DNA from: Mobula hypostoma
Taxonomy: Eukaryota
DNA length: 64,000 bases
Assembly (NCBI RefSeq): GCF_963921235.1
Contig: NC_086108.1
Location: 5,704,001-5,768,000, forward strand
Direction: 5' to 3'
Part shown: positions 12,653 through 27,330 of the stretch, in pieces
Layout of the letters: every line of letters begins with the position of its first letter
Position numbering within the stretch: position 1 is the stretch's first letter
Made by a program: the position numbers and the translations under genes
The notes under the pieces: generated by a model
Databases searched by the model: none
What the model was told of the DNA's origin: nothing
What the model saw: only the letters and a program-made list of their open reading frames with translations

Positions 12653-15600
12653 CCTGTCTCAACTTATTCTGATTCAAAAGCAATGAACAGCCTGGTCCCA
12701 CCGCACTCCTGCCCGACACAGTAGATGAAAGTTATCCCAGCTTGTTGGGTAGATCATAAATACAAGAGAATCTGCAGATGCTGGAAAGCCAGAACTCCTT
12801 GTCCAACTGCCTCAGAGACTAGAGTTTCTCATTGGCAACTCTAATAAAATAAGGACCATGGAGGCACCACTAAACATTCTGTAGAATTTGTGCAGCAATA
12901 GGCTGTGCAACATTACTGATCCACAGTGTCTGTCTCTGTCTCCATCTCCTGGAGGAACTCAGCAAGCCAGGCAGTGTCAATGGAAAGAAACATAATCACA
13001 AGAGATAAATCTGGCCCGAAATGTTGACTGTTTATTCCTCTCCATAGATGCTGCCTGACCTGCTGAGTTCCACCAGCGTTTTGTGTGTGTTGCCCTGGAT
13101 TTCCAGCATCTGCAGAATCTCCTGTGTTTATGACATCCATTAACTCTATACTTTCCCCTTGTATTTGACCTCCCAAATGGCAGCACCAAACGCTCGACAG
13201 GATAAAACTCCACAGGTTTTTCTTTTGGAATCTGAATCACTGTAAGACAGAGGTCTGTTTGACCCACAAACCCCAAGGGATAAATACATAAACACAAGAG
13301 AATATCCTGGCTTCTTCCCCCTTTCTTTCCAGTCCTGATGAAAGGTCTCAGCCTGAAGCGCCGGCTAGTTGTGTAGGTGCCCAAGAGAGCCAGTGGATGC
13401 ACAGCAAGATCCAAGGGTTACTGATGTGAAAATTGACAATTGAGAGAGTTGCTTGTTTCCTCGTTCTTCAGTGCCTGAAAGTTGGACCCTGATTTTTACA
13501 TCTGATCTGAAGGCAAATTGATTCTTGGTGCTGCCAAGGTGCCACCTTGAAGTGCCTGACTGGATGAAAACTCACATGGGAGCCAAGGGACAGTAGAAAA
13601 CATCTCCCATTTTAAAGGCCTAAGATGTGCCTTGTTGAAAAAGGATGGACCTGTTGAAGGTTGAAAGATTAGAATCAGAATCGGGTTTAATATCACCTTC
13701 CTACGTTGTAAAGTTTGTTGTTATGTGGCAGCAGTACATCGCAATATGTCATAATTTAAAGAACAGTGAATTGTAGTGTTCATGGGTTCAATGTTCATTC
13801 AGAAATCTGATGGCAGAAACTGTTTCTAAATCATTGAGTGTGTGTCTTCAGGCTTCTGTCCCTCCTCCCTACTGGTAGCAATGGAAGGGGGCATGACTGG
13901 GTGATGGGGGTCCTTAATAACAGCTTCTTTCCAACTGTGATCAGACAGCCGAACGGATCCTGACCTGGATCTGGGCCGTACCCTCCAAATACCCGGACCT
14001 GCATCTCGGTTTTTTTTTACACTACCTTACTTTCCATTTTCTATTTTCTATTTATGATTTATAATTTAAATTTTTAATATTTACTATCGATTTGTACTCC
14101 AGGGAGTGGGAAGCGCAGAATCAAATATCGCTGTGATGATTGTACGTTCTAGTATCAATTGTTTGGCGACTATAAAGTATAAAGTATAATGCTCCTTGAA
14201 GATGTCCTGGCTACTACGGAGGCTAGTGCTTGTGATGGAGCTGCCTGAGTTTACAACTTTCTGCAGCTTATTTCAATCCTGTGCAGTAACCCCTGTCCCC
14301 GCCATACCAAATGGTGATGCAGCCAATTAGAGTGTTCTCCATGGTACATCTGTGGAAATTTGTGAGTGTTTTAGGTGACGTACCAAATCTCCTCAAACGC
14401 TTAATGAAATATAGCCGCTGTCTTGCCATCTTTGTATTAAAATGTTGGGCCCAGAGTTGATCCTCAGAGATGTTGACACCTAGGAGCTTGAAATCCAGTT
14501 TCCACTTCTGATCCCTCGATGAGGACTAGTCTGGTGAACATGAAGAGGATGTTTTCAAAAGCTCCCTTCTAGAAAATGCTATAGGGCTGTTAAACCTTAT
14601 GTCACAGGTTTTTCTCCCAGGCAATGAATCTGATCAACCGTTCTGGTTATCTCCCCACCCCCTTCTGACTATTATCCCCATCACTGCACTGTAAACAGCT
14701 TAAACCACTGTTTGTAATGCTGTTTACGTAGCAAATACTTGCTGGTATTTGTGTACTTACGCACATTTTATAACATATCCGTAATTTAACCTCTAACTTT
14801 ATTTTATATACTTTATTCTTTATAATTGTTGAACATTGTTTTTTGTTGGTTAAACACTGTGACCTGACCAAGAAACCGCACAAATTTCGAAGACGTGTAA
14901 GTGGATGTGGGGGATAAAGTTGACTTTTTATGAACTCCTTATCCCTCAGTCTGCCTCATCATGGCCCAGTGGTGCGGAAGTCTAGGACCAGAGGACACAG
15001 CCCCAGAATGCAAGGATGTCCCTTTCAAACAGAGATGAGGAGGAACTTCTTGAATTAGAGGGTGGTGAATCTGTGGAATTCACTGCCACAGACGGCTGTG
15101 GACGCCAAGTTGTTGGGTTAATTTAAAGCAGAGGTTCATGTATTCTTGATCAGTCAGGGTGTCAAAGGTTACAGGGTGAAGGCAGGAAAATGGAGTTGAG
15201 AGGGACAATAAATCAGCCATGACTGTTCTGCCGTTCAGGTTGAATGGGCTGAATGGATAATTCTGCTCCCGTCCTGTGTCTCATGGGACAACCTTTTTAA
15301 ACGTACTATTAAAAATATTCAGGGTTATGGGCAGAAAACGATAGTATGAACCGCTGATACAATAGGCCGAATGGCCTTCTGCCTTATCTTATCGTCCCGT
15401 CTGCTCCGCCTGGCAAATGCCCCCGGCCAGTTTGGCTGAACGGTAGCCTGGGGGAGGGGGTGGTGGGCAAGGAGAATAAGATTGCTGTCAGCTTGAACTT
15501 TAAGGGAATTTTCTGTAGCCAGTGGCCTTGTACGTTGGGGGCTCGGCATTTTATTAAGGCTATTAACATTGCACAGTGAACCCTGTCAGATGTGAAGAGC

Positions 15601-18600
15601 ATTTGTGTAAACACATGCTGAGTAAATCACTGCTGGCACATTAACAAAATAATATTTATATAGCAATAATGTTAAGAAAATAAAAAGGGCTTTTATTCCG
15701 TGATGTATTTATGTAATCTGTGGTCGCATTCCTTCATAATATATCAGCTTGGGGCTTGCTGCTCTGGGAGAGCGAGGGGTGCACACACTGGTGTGATTCT
15801 GTATTGGAGCATAGACCACCGCTTATTCAGGTGATGGACACGCATTGGCCAGTGTTCTGTGTTGGGCACTAATTCATTCCAGCATTCTGTGTTTAACTTT
15901 ATCCATTCCTTGTTTTTCCCGTCACCCTTGCATTTCCAAACAGCTGAAAGTCTATTAGCTTTTGACTTTTGGCTCCCCCTTTTCTTGGTCTATTTGTGTT
16001 TGAGAGAGCTCAGCAGGGGTGGAATCTCTCACCATTTGATGTTGCTGGTATAGCCTCTGACAATCAAGTCCAGCTCCTGCTCTTCTCGTGTGGCTTAGCT
16101 ACTAAGCCTGGCGGAGCCTGTTCTACTGACAGGAGAAGGGGCAAGGGCGGGTTGCTGGTGCCTTAAAAACGGTCACTTCGGGCAGATGGAGGATCACCAT
16201 CTCTTCTGGAAGAAGGAAACCTCTGATCTTAAACCTCCGTTGCCTTGTGGCTATATCCACTTATGGGGAAGGGTTTGGGAGTAAACCCAAGGAAATTTCT
16301 GGAGCTGGGGTCCCCAACCCAGTCCTATGTTGACTTCAACGCTGACAGGCAACTCCTAAGATGCTGCTGGTGCCAAACTGTATCCGTCTCTGCCTTTCCT
16401 TTGGGCTCAGCAGATGGGTGGAGAGGGGGAGCTTGCTGCATAGGCATCAGCTCGCTCTCCATACCGTACTGCCCTTGCTTGAGTATACAACGAAGACAGC
16501 TAGACGCTGTCTTTGACCACAACCAAAGGAGGGCAAATGGAGGATTGATTAGAAATGGAAGTTGTCCTTGGATGGGATCACTCTCCCAGGGCTCTATGCC
16601 ACTTGGAGAATGGGGCTATTTTTGGTGCCTCCCAGTCACTGCTGAGTGAAACTCTTTTTCAGGTCAATTTGCACCACGCATCCCACAATCTCTTTGACCC
16701 ACAACCATCAGGAAGGAGGCACAGGAGCATCAGGACTAGGACTACCAGGCTTTAGGTTTGTCACCAAAAACACTTACAGATGTACTGTGGAGAGCACTCT
16801 GACTGGCCACATCACTGTCAGGTATTGGGGGGTGGGGGCTACTGCACAGGATCGAAGTAAGCCGCAGGAAGTAGAAAAATTAGTCATCTCCATCACGGGT
16901 ACCAGCCTCCGTAGTATCCAAGAATTATTCAAAGAGCAGCGCTTCAGAAAGGCGGTGTTCATAACTAAGGATCCCCACCACCCAGGACGTGCCCTCTTCT
17001 TATCGATACCATCAGGGAGGAGGTACAGGAGCCTGAAGACACACACTCAATGATTCAGGAACAGCTTCTTCCCCTCTGCCATCTGATTTCTACTTCTTTA
17101 AAAAATTTCTGTTTTGCACAACTTATTTAATTTAACTATTTAATATACATATATACTTACTGTAATTCATTTTTTTCTATTATCATGTAATACATTGAAC
17201 TGCTGCTGCTAAGTTAACAAATTTCACGACACATGCTGGTGATAATAAAGCTGATTCTGATTCAATAACCATAGACTATGAGGTTAATGAATACCCTGCC
17301 ACCACTGAGGTCTCATCAGTAGGGCAATTATCTTTTTAACTTATTTGTGGTAATATTTTATGTGAGATGTGGGTGTACCATGGTCCGAGGGAACATTGTT
17401 TCATTTGGCTGCGTATATGTACAGTCAGATGACAATGAACTTGAATTGTGTGCATAATTTTATTTCTGTTCCTCTATTAGTTTATCTTCTTTTGGTGTTG
17501 ATGCAAGATTCCGGTGGGGATTTCTGGGACGTGGTCAATAAGCCCTGGAGTATGTCAGTATTTGTTGGTTTCTGGGAGTGTGTCAATATTTGCAGGGAGA
17601 ACTTGTGTGGAACAGGTTTGACTAGGTGGCTTGCTGGGCCACTTCAGCTAAACTTCAACCACATTAGTGATTATGTAAAATCGGTGTTTCCCTCCAGAAT
17701 TGCATTTATTATTACTGACTTGTACGATGTGAAATGTTTTCGCGGCAGCAGCACAGTGTGAAGTCAATTACTACGAACTTCAAACAAAAACATTAAAAAG
17801 TGGTGGTGTCCATAAATTTTAACATGTCTGTTAGGGTAGCAATGGAAGTTCTCCATCTCTGTCTGTCCTTGGCTATCAAAACCAATTTTGGTCCTGGTCT
17901 TGGTGATGTTCAGGGCTTCCTTCATCATGTCAGTAGCTTCCTCTCGGTTTTCACTACTGTCAGTCACACAAATCCCGGGTGGAGACTCAGGAATACCCTC
18001 ACACTCAGAAATACTGTCACACTCAGATGTAGAAGGATTCTTCATTGTTGTTTCTGTAATAACTTTGTTTGACCAGTCAGGGTTGTTAGCCCTGAGCTGA
18101 ACCCCTGAACCTGGAGGACCGGTGGACCACACTTGGTCTGGCCTCTACCCTTTGACCTGTTTGGCATGGGTGACCCTACCAAGAGTCAAAGCACAAGGCC
18201 CAGACTCCAGCCAACATAGTTCTCCGGACTATTGAGGCAAGCAAGCCTTCAAACCCTATAACGAGGTTGTGGTTCTCTTGGAGGGCTTATGAATAATAAG
18301 GTCATTTTCTTGGATTCATGGATCATAAAGAAATCTTGTGGAGGGGAAGCAGCCACTCCTGAATAATTGAGTGTGAGTCTTCAGGCTCCTGTGCCACCTC
18401 CCTGTTGATCAATGAGAAGAGGACATGACCTGGATGGTTAGATCCTTAATGATTGATGCTGCCTTCTTGAGCCACCACCCTTTGAAGATGTCCCCGATGG
18501 ATCACTGCCTGGTATAGAGGAATCGATGCACAGGATCAGAAAAAACTGCTGAGTGTTGTGAACTCAGGGCAGTTCCATTTTGGATGAACCCTCCCCCACC

Positions 18601-18694
18601 CCCCCCCATCAAGGACATCTTCAAAAGGCAATGCCTCAAGAAGGCAGGAGCCTTCATTAAGGACCCTCCCCATCTGGGACATGAGGTTCTCCAT

Positions 18695-19275
18695 TGGTCG
18701 GGGGTGATCATAGATATTGTGTCTTAGCTCTCTACCTGATATGCAAGCCAGGACAGTGCAATATGGAGAGGAAGCTATTGGCCACACAGAAGACATCCCT
18801 CTTCCATGAATCTGATGAACCCAAAGGAACAGCAGAGACCGATACAGTTTGGAACCAGCAGCGTTGCTGGAGCTGCCGGTCAGCATTGAACTCAATGTTG
18901 TTCTGTCTTAGGGGCTCACCGATGGATTTTTCCCTCAGGGTTTACTCCCGCAGCCTTCCCTGAGAGTGGGTGTAACTGCAAGTCAGTGGAGACTTGAAAT
19001 CAGAGTTTTCCTGCTCCTCAATGAGCTGCCAACCATGGCTAATGAGCCTCATCTGCCCAAAGCAACTGGTTTTAAGGCGCAGTAACCTGCCTTTCCCCCC
19101 TCTCCTGTCAGCAGAACGGTTCTGCTAGACTTAGTAGCTAAGCCACACGTGAAGGCCAGGAGCCGGACTTGGTTGTCAGAGGCTATTTGAGACGCACACC
19201 ATTGGGAGCATTTAATAAGTAGTGGGATCTTGTCCCCATTACCCCACCTCCCACCTCAGCTATGACAACCCTAAG
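18695..19275 (-). mobile_element. Short non-autonomous retroelement family (probably RTE-related)
   Basis: Homologous copies at ~16045-16525 (+), 28625-29175 (-) and 30693-31045 (+). Confidence 0.6.
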
Positions 19276-20357
19276 GAATCAGGACATGCCCCCTTCTCAT
19301 TATTACCATCAGGGAGGAGGTACACAATTCCCACACAACATTTTAGTAACAGCTTCTTCTCCTCCGTCATCAGATTTCTGAATGGCCCATGTAAACACCT
19401 CCTTATTTTGCAAATTATAAAGACAAGGGATTCTGCAGATGCTGGAAATCCAGAGTAACACACACAAAATGCTGGGGGAACTCAGCAGGTCAGGCAGCAT
19501 CTATGGAGAGGAATAAACTGTCAACATTTTGGGCCAAGACCCTATATCAGGACTGGAAAGGAAGGGGAAGAAGCCAAAATAAGGTGGTGGTGGTGGTGAT
19601 GGGGGAGGACTACAAGCTGGGAGGTTATAGGTGAAGCCAGGTGGATGGAAGAGAGATGATGAAGTAAGAAGCTGGGAGGTGGTAAAGGGCTGGAGAAGGA
19701 GGAATCTGATAGGAGAAGAGAGTAGACCATGGGAGAAAGGAAAGGAGGAGGGCAAAGAGAGATAATTTCCCCCTCCTCTTCTCTCTTCTTCAATTCCCCA
19801 CTCTAGCTGCCCCATTACCTCTTCTCTTCTCATCACCCTCCCATCTCCTCCCTCTTGTTTCACCTCCTCCTTCCCTTTTTCCCATGGTCCACTCTCCTCC
19901 TGCCAGTCCTCGAGTCGGGAACTCAAAATAAGCGACGCGGCAGACTGTAACATCGAAACAGCGAGCTGTTGGCCTCCTCCCTCACTGTGGCAGGAGTGAC
20001 ACCTCTCTCTCTCCCTCATCAGTGAGAAAGAGAGAGAGAAAGAGACCCTGTTGACATGTCGGTGTTGGGATGGACGGTAGTTTTTGGTGGACTCTAGACC
20101 TTGCTCTCTGGGGGCTTTGCTGTTGCAAAGTGGTGGTGGTGGGGGTCGATGCTTTTGTTGGAGCAAGTGGGGGAGCGGGGGTGTGGAAGGTTGATGCTTC
20201 TGCTTGTGTGTGGGAGGGGGAGGGGGGCTTTGGGCTTTTTCTGTCATTCATTCCTTGGGAGTGTTTTTCTCTCTCTCTTTCATGGGAAGATTAAGGACTT
20301 CAGGTTGGAACCCTATATATTCTCTGACATTAAATTGAACCATTGAGTTTACCACTG

Positions 20358-20790
20358 CATCGTCGTCGTCGTGGCTATCCCTCAAGGTTGAGGATGATGG
20401 TCTTCGTTCTGAAGAAGTGGCCCACAGAGCGAAGACGCCTGTGCGTGTATTTGTTTAACGTGTACTTGATGTTGCACTCCAAGAAGCACACGATACTTCA
20501 CAAATCAACCAACTGGTTCCAATGGCACGGAAACCACGAAGATTGGAGCTGATGGATTTGTTGCAGCCTTCATCCGCCTTCACAGCCGTTGAGTTCGAAG
20601 TAACTTCATCCGCCTGTTCCACCGTTGAGGTCTTGGTTGGATTGTTCTTTGTCAGGGACCTCACCCTCGACCTTACCGCCATGGGTGACCCTACCAGGAG
20701 CATAGCTCCAGACGGCATTGCTCTCGGGATCACAGGACCACACAAGCTTCTCCACCACGACAAGGTGACAATCCACAGAGAAGACCACTG
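20358..20790 (-). mobile_element. RTE (Rex3/Expander-like) derived short element
   Basis: 5' end gtcaccttgtcgtggtggagaagcttgtgtggtcc...tggtagggtcacccatggcgg resembles fish RTE 5' ends; (gac)n tail. Confidence 0.6.
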
Positions 20791-21910
20791 CATTACCCCC
20801 CCCCCCCCACCGCCAAAGGTTAAATAAAAGGGACTTGGCTGTGACTCTCCAGAGAGAGCACTAACACTGAAAAGTTCAGAGTTCAAAGTAAACTTATTAT
20901 CAAAGTACGTCTCTGTCACCATATGTAGTGGATTCTGTTTAATTGGTACATTTCGTCGTCATCGTTCTGCGCTGTGTCGTGTGATGTGGGCGATCATAGA
21001 CTCATGACCATGATTGTTCTTGGCAAGTTTTTCTACAGAAGTGGTTTGCCATTACCTTCTTCTGGGCAGTGTCTTCACAAGTCGGGTGACCCCAGCCATT
21101 ATCAAAACTCTTCAGAGATTGTCTGCCTGGTGTCAGTGGTCACATAACCAGGACTTGTGATCTGCAGCGGCTGCTCATACGACCGTCCACCACCTGATCC
21201 CGTGGCTTCATGTGACCCTGATCGGGGGTGGGGTGGGTGGAAACACTAAGCAGGTGCTACACCTTGCCCGAGGGTGACCTGCAGGCTGGCAGAGGGAAGG
21301 AGTGCCTTACACCTCCTTTGGTAGAGACGTATTGTGACATGTCAGCCAATTAAGTGGCTCCCTCAATTAGCCAAAGTAGTTAAAAGGCGTAAAAAAAAGA
21401 TAAATCACCATTCAACTGAGTAACAAATTATGTATTTAAATAAAATACAGAACAAATTAGAACACTGCCAACACTACTACAGTACAGTACAACTGTATAT
21501 TAGTTCCTGATAGTTATCAACAGAGGAATTCATTGTGTTATTTAGATTGACTGTAAATGAAAGCATTGTGTTAAGGCAGTCCATTATCTGCACTGGGTGT
21601 CTGCTCCGATTTTGTTCAACAATTGCAGTTCATCGTGGCTGACTTATTATCCCTCTCAACTCTATTCTCCTGCAACATGCACAGCACACAGGAAAAAATC
21701 AGGCAGCATCTATGGAAAAGAGTAACCAGATCTGAAGAGTAATCAGAACTGAAAAGAAAGGGGGAGAAGTCGGCGTAAGAAGATGGGAGGAGGGAGGGAG
21801 TACTACAAGGTGGTAGGAGATGGGTGAAACCGGGAGAGGTGGAGGGAGGAGCTGAAGTAAAGAGCTGGGAAGCACAAACACGAGCAAATCTACAGGTGCT
21901 GGAAGTAAGT

Positions 21911-21912
<2 letters not shown>

Positions 21913-21946
<34 letters not shown>
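21913..21946. repeat. (GT)n microsatellite
   Basis: About 17 GT units. Confidence 0.95.
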
Positions 21947-21948
<2 letters not shown>

Positions 21949-22619
21949 GAATAGCTGGGAATTTGGTGAATGAGATAAAGGGCTGGAAAAGGAATCCATC
22001 CCCATTTTCCTGCTTTCTGCTCATAACCCTTATAATGCTTTCCAGAAGGGAGCTTTTGGAAAAGGCAGGTTTTGTAGGGTGGCTGGTGCCCATGATGATA
22101 TTTCCTGCCCACTTCTTTGTCCAGAGGGCATTGCCTCAGGACAGAATGAAGTCCCTTTAGAAGAGAGATGAGGAGGAAATTCTTCAGCCCGAGGGTGGTG
22201 AATCTGTGGAATTTGTTGCTACAGACGGCTGTGGAGACCAAGTGATTGAGTATATTTAAAATGGAGGTTGATTAGTCAGGGTATCAAAGGTTACAGGGAG
22301 AAGACAGGTGAATGGGGCTGAGAAGGTCAATAAATCAGCCATGATAGCATGGCAGCGAAGATTCAATAGGCCAAATGGCCTAATTTTGCCCTTGTGTCTT
22401 ATGGCTCTGGGCACATACAAGTCCTGCAGTAATCCCAGGAAAAAGACAACCAGAGGGGTCTAGAATTCTAGCTGCCACATCGAGATAGCCGATTGCTGAG
22501 AGCTGTACCGCATCAGACGTGATCAATGTTGATGCTACCTTCCATGTCCCTGGTTAGATGGACAGACTTGAAAACCGGAGAAACAATATAAAGTCGGCAC
22601 TCCATTAGTTACCTCCTGT

Positions 22620-23182
22620 GCAACAATAAAGTGACACTGAGTGGCTGTACGTCCGTGGTCTTCTGTGTTGTGCATTCTGAGATGCTCTTCTGCACACCAC
22701 TGTTTAACGTGTGGTTATTTGAGTTGGTGTCACCTTCCTGTGAGTTTGAACCAGTCTGGCCATTCTTCTCCGACCTCTCTCATCAACAAGGTGTTTTTGC
22801 CCGCACATCTGCCGCTCACTGGATGTTTTTTAATTTTTCACACCATTCTCTGTAAACTCTAGAGCAGGGGTTTCCAACCTTTTTTTTATGCCATGGGCCA
22901 AACCCATTAAGCAAAGCTCCATGGACCCCAGGTTGGGAACCCCTGATCTGTGTGTGAAAATTCCAGGAGATCAGCAGTTCCGGAAGTGCTCAAACCACCC
23001 CATATGGCATCAGAAGTCACTTAGATCACACTCCTTTCACATTCTTCCATTTGGTCTGAACAACAACTGAACCTCTTGACCACATTTGCGTGCTCTTACG
23101 CGTCGAGTTGCTGTCATACGATTGGCTGATTATACATTTGCATTAACGAGCAGGTGTACCGAACAAAGTGGCCACGGAGTGT
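22620..23182. mobile_element. Tc1-derived MITE carrying a hAT/Charlie-like MITE (22865-22946)
   Basis: Termini cactgagtggc...gtggccacggagtg. Internal caggggtttccaacc...ggttgggaacccctg is inserted after ctctagag. Confidence 0.6.
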
Positions 23183-25477
23183 GGCAACGAGCAAGAGGGA
23201 GGCAGAACATGGATTTTAAAAAAAATGAGGCACCAGGGACCAACTCTGAGGGGGAAAGAAAAGCATTTAAATAAAAGTCTGCGTTCTAAGCGAAACGCAA
23301 AAGCAAGCAGCAGTTTGGAATTGAGTGAGAGTCTCTTTAGCAGAAAAAACACATCTAATTGCCATTTGTATATTTGTGGAATAGTTTGGCAGCTGGAGTC
23401 AGATAGTTTTGTGGTTTTGTGGCTTGTGGTGCTTTGGGAACCCAGTTGGCACGGAGAGATTCCCGAGCAGACGGCCGGCCCCGTCTCCCATGGGAAGCTC
23501 CGGAATGTGGCTGCCATCAAGATACACAAGAGGCAGTTTTCCCAATTTAACATTAAACAAAACAAATTAACCTCCCCATACCCAGAAAAATATATTTTCA
23601 GTTTTAAGTTTTCCTTGGGGTTTTTTTTGCCGATGTGTGAAATTTTCCAATTGAGTATTGAATTAACTCTTTGAGCGCCAGGGCTGAATGCAGGGAGTGG
23701 AATTTTTCGGGACTGGAGTTTCAGCTCTGGGCATGAATGACCTTGGCTAGTCACTCGCGGGAGTCAAGGGGTGGCAAGCAGTTAGCGCGACACTTTAGTG
23801 CTTGGAGACTGCAAGATCAGAGTTCAGTTCCCGCCGCCTCCTGTAAGGAGCTTTTGTACGTTCTCCCCGTGACCATGTGGGTTTCCTCCGGATGCTCCGG
23901 TTTCCTCCCACATTTCAAAGACGTATGACTAGGATGAGCTGTGGGCAGGCAGTGTTGGCGCCAGAAGTGTGGCAGCTCTTATAAACTGCCCCCAGCGCAA
24001 TTCTTGCCGAGTTTTATTTATTTATTGAGATGGGGCTGGAAGGGTCTATTCTGCACTTCGAGCTGTGCCACCAAGTAATCCCCCAATTTAATCCTACCCT
24101 AATCGCAGGACAATTTACAATAACAATTTACAATTTACACAGTCTTTGGACTGTGGGAGGAAACCGGAGCACCGGGAGGAAACCCACGCGGTCACGGGGA
24201 GAAGGTACAAACTCCTTACAGGCAGCGGCGGGAATTGAACCGTAAAGCATTGTGCTGACCACTACACCACCATGTTGCCCCTACGCTGCAATGTGCAGAT
24301 CTGCTGCAAAAGACACATTTTACTGTTTCAATGTGCCTGTGATAAATAAAGCCTATCTAATCTTTGTATGTCCATGCAAAGTCTGGGGAGACAGATGGGT
24401 TACAACGCACCTCCTAAAAGAGAGGAGGGCATGAGTATTAAGGAGGATTGGTGACTGATACCACAGTTGCCAATGTGGTGGTAACAACTTCTGGTTTAAG
24501 GTGGCACTACTGCACGTGTGCGGCACTCACTGGTAGTTTGAAAGGCAAGAAATACGACTAAAAACATTATTAATAACATCTTTTCTGAAGTAGATTGTGG
24601 TCAACTATCACTGCAAGCGATGAAGAAGCAAGCAGGAGGTGAAGCTGATTTGAAGGGTAGGCCGTGAGGGTGTATTGCAAAGCTGAGGCACAACGTGTTC
24701 TAGGCAGAGTTGGTATTGCTGTCACTGTTGGAGTTGGAGTGAGTGATTTGGAAAGGAGTCGATGCGGAAGAGCTTCGATGCCCATCTACCCAACCTGGGT
24801 GCGTGGTTGGATTGTTCCAAGTGCTGAGCTGTTTTGGCAAGATGGAGAATGGCTTCGGGCTGTGCGACTGGAGTGTGATGCTGCACTGGGATCCCGGTCC
24901 TAGAGCGAGGCATTACCCGGTGACTGGGCAAACTAAACGCTGGTCCAGCTAGACTGGAAAGCCGAGCGTGGGGACTGGAGGCGAGGGTCAGGCTGATTTT
25001 GCTGGTTCTCCTGTGATGTTCATTCCTGTCTGTGCAATGCCAAGACTGTGAACTGTCTGGCGGCTGTCGTCTCTGTGAGTTCTGTGCTGCTTTTGATGAA
25101 CTGAGATAGAGACTCCGGGAAGTGGACCTAAGGACTCAATTTGGTTCGGAATGCTGTCTGTTGTTTGATGATGTGTGTGTGTGTGTTATTTGTTCCTCTT
25201 TCTCTGCACAGTGGTTATAGTCTCTTTTTTAAAAGAAAACCAGGTTCATTGGCTTTCTTGCTCTGTGGCTGCCTGTAAGCAGACACACCTCAAGGTGAAT
25301 AATTTATACATTCTTTGATAATACCTGTACTTTCAATCTTTAAACTCACGTAGATGAGAAAAAAAATTAAATGGAACTGTAAACAACAGGAATTCTGCAG
25401 ATGCTGGAAATTCAAGCAACACACATCAAAGTTGCTGGTGAACGCAGCAGGCCAGGCAGCATCTCTAGGAAGAGGTG

Positions 25478-25515
25478 CAGTCGACGTTTCAGGCCGAGAC
25501 CCTTCGTCAGGACTA
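25478..25515 (-). ncRNA. Minimal hammerhead ribozyme motif in the inverted Penelope arm
   Basis: Exact reverse complement of 27331-27368 (cagtcgacgtttcaggccgagacccttcgtcaggacta). Confidence 0.72.
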
Positions 25516-27330
25516 ACTGAAGGAAGAGTGAGTAAGAGATTTGAAAGTGGGAGGAGCAGGGGGAGATCCAAAATGATAGGAGAAGACAGGAGGGGGAGGG
25601 ATAGAGCCGAGAGCTGGACAGGTGATTGGCAAAAGGGATACGAGAGGATCATGGGACAGGAGGACCGGGAAGAAAGACAAGGGGGGGGGGACCCAGGGGA
25701 TGGGCAAGGGGTATATTCAGAGGGACAGAGGGAGAAAAAGGAGAGTGAGAGAAAGAAAGTGTGTATAAAAATAAGTAACAGATGGGGTACAAGGGGGAGG
25801 TGGGGCAACCTCCTTACTCATTAGTCCTTACTCTTAATAATTTCTCCTTTGGCTCCTCACACTTCCTCCAAACTAAAGGTGTAGCTATGGGCACCCGTAT
25901 GGGTCCTAGCTATGCCTGCCTTTTTGTTGGGTTTGTGGAACAATGTATGTTCCGTGCCTATTCTGGTATCTGTCCCCCACTTTTCCTTCGCTACATCGAC
26001 GACTGCATTGGCGCTGCTTCCTGCACGCATGCAGAACTTGTTGACTTTATTAACTTTGCCTCCAACTTTCACCCTGCCCTCAAGTTTACCTGGTCCATTT
26101 CCGACACCTCCCTCCCCTTTCTAGATCTTTCTGTCTCTGTCTCTGGAGACAGCTTATCCACTGATGTCTACTATAAGCCTACTGACTCTCACAGCTATCT
26201 GGACTATTCCTCTTCTCACCCTGTCTCTTGCAAAAACGCCATCTCCTTCTCGCAATTCCTCCGTCTCCGCCGCATCTGCTCTCAGGATGAGGCTTTTCAT
26301 TCTAGGACGAGGGAGATGTCTTCGTTTTTTAAAGAAAGGGGCTTCCCTTCCTCCACTATCAACTCTGCTCTTAAACGCATCTCCCCCATTTCACGTACAT
26401 CTGCTCTCACTCCATCCTCCCGCCACCCCACTAGGAATAGGGTTCCCCTGGTCCTCACCTACCACCCCACCAGCCTCCGGGTCCAACATATTATTCTCCG
26501 TAACTTCCGCCACCTCCAACGGGATCCCACCACTAAGCACATCTTTCCCTCCCCCCCTCTCTGCTTTCCGCAGGGATTGCTCCCTACGTGACTCCCTTGT
26601 CCATTCGTCTCCCCCATCCCTCCCCACTGATCTCCCTCCTGGCACTTATCCTTGTAAGCGGAACAAGTGCTACACATGCCCTTACACTTCCTCCCTCACC
26701 ACCATTCAGGGCCCCAAACAGTCCTCCCAGGTGAGTCGGCTGGGGTGATATACTGCGTCCGGTGCTCCCGATGTGCCTTCTATATATTGGCGAGACCCAA
26801 CGCAGACTGGGAGACTGCTTTGCTGAACACCTACGCTCTGTCCGCCAGAGAAAGCAGGATCTCCCAGTGGCCACACATTTTAATTCCACACCCCATTCCC
26901 ATTCTGACATGTCTATCCATGGCCTCCTCTACTATAAAGATGAAGCCACACTCAGGTTGGAGGAACAACACCTTATATTCCGTCTGGGTAGCCTCCAACC
27001 TGATGGCATGAACATCGACTTCTCTAACTTCCGCTAATGCCCCACCTCCCCCTCGTACCCCATCTGTTACTTATTTTTATACACACTTTCTTTCTCTCAC
27101 TCTCCTTTTTCTCCCTCTGTCCCTCTGAATATACCCCTTGCCCATCCTCTGGGTTCCTCCCCCACCTTTCTTTCTCCCTGAGCCTCCTGTCCCATGATCC
27201 TCTCATATCCCTTTTGCCAATCACCTGTCCAGCTCTTGGCTCCATCCCTCCCCCTCCTGTCTTCTCCTATCATTTTGGATCTCCCCCTCCCACTCCAACT
27301 TTCAAATCCCTTACTTACTCTTCCTTCAGT

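Noticed and set aside
19120..19200. HDV-like ribozyme at the 5' end of the RTE-related element (gccttcacgtgtggc on the minus strand)
   Set aside because: A P3/L3-like motif is present, but I could not build P1, P2 or J4/2. It needs an RNArobo or Infernal search.
19501..20247. 248-aa low-complexity ORF
   Set aside because: It spans two opposed Penelope pLTR remnants and another repeat; a compositional artefact.
23143..23754. Overlapping 203-aa and 168-aa ORFs
   Set aside because: No recognisable domain, partly MITE-derived, and no convincing splice signals.
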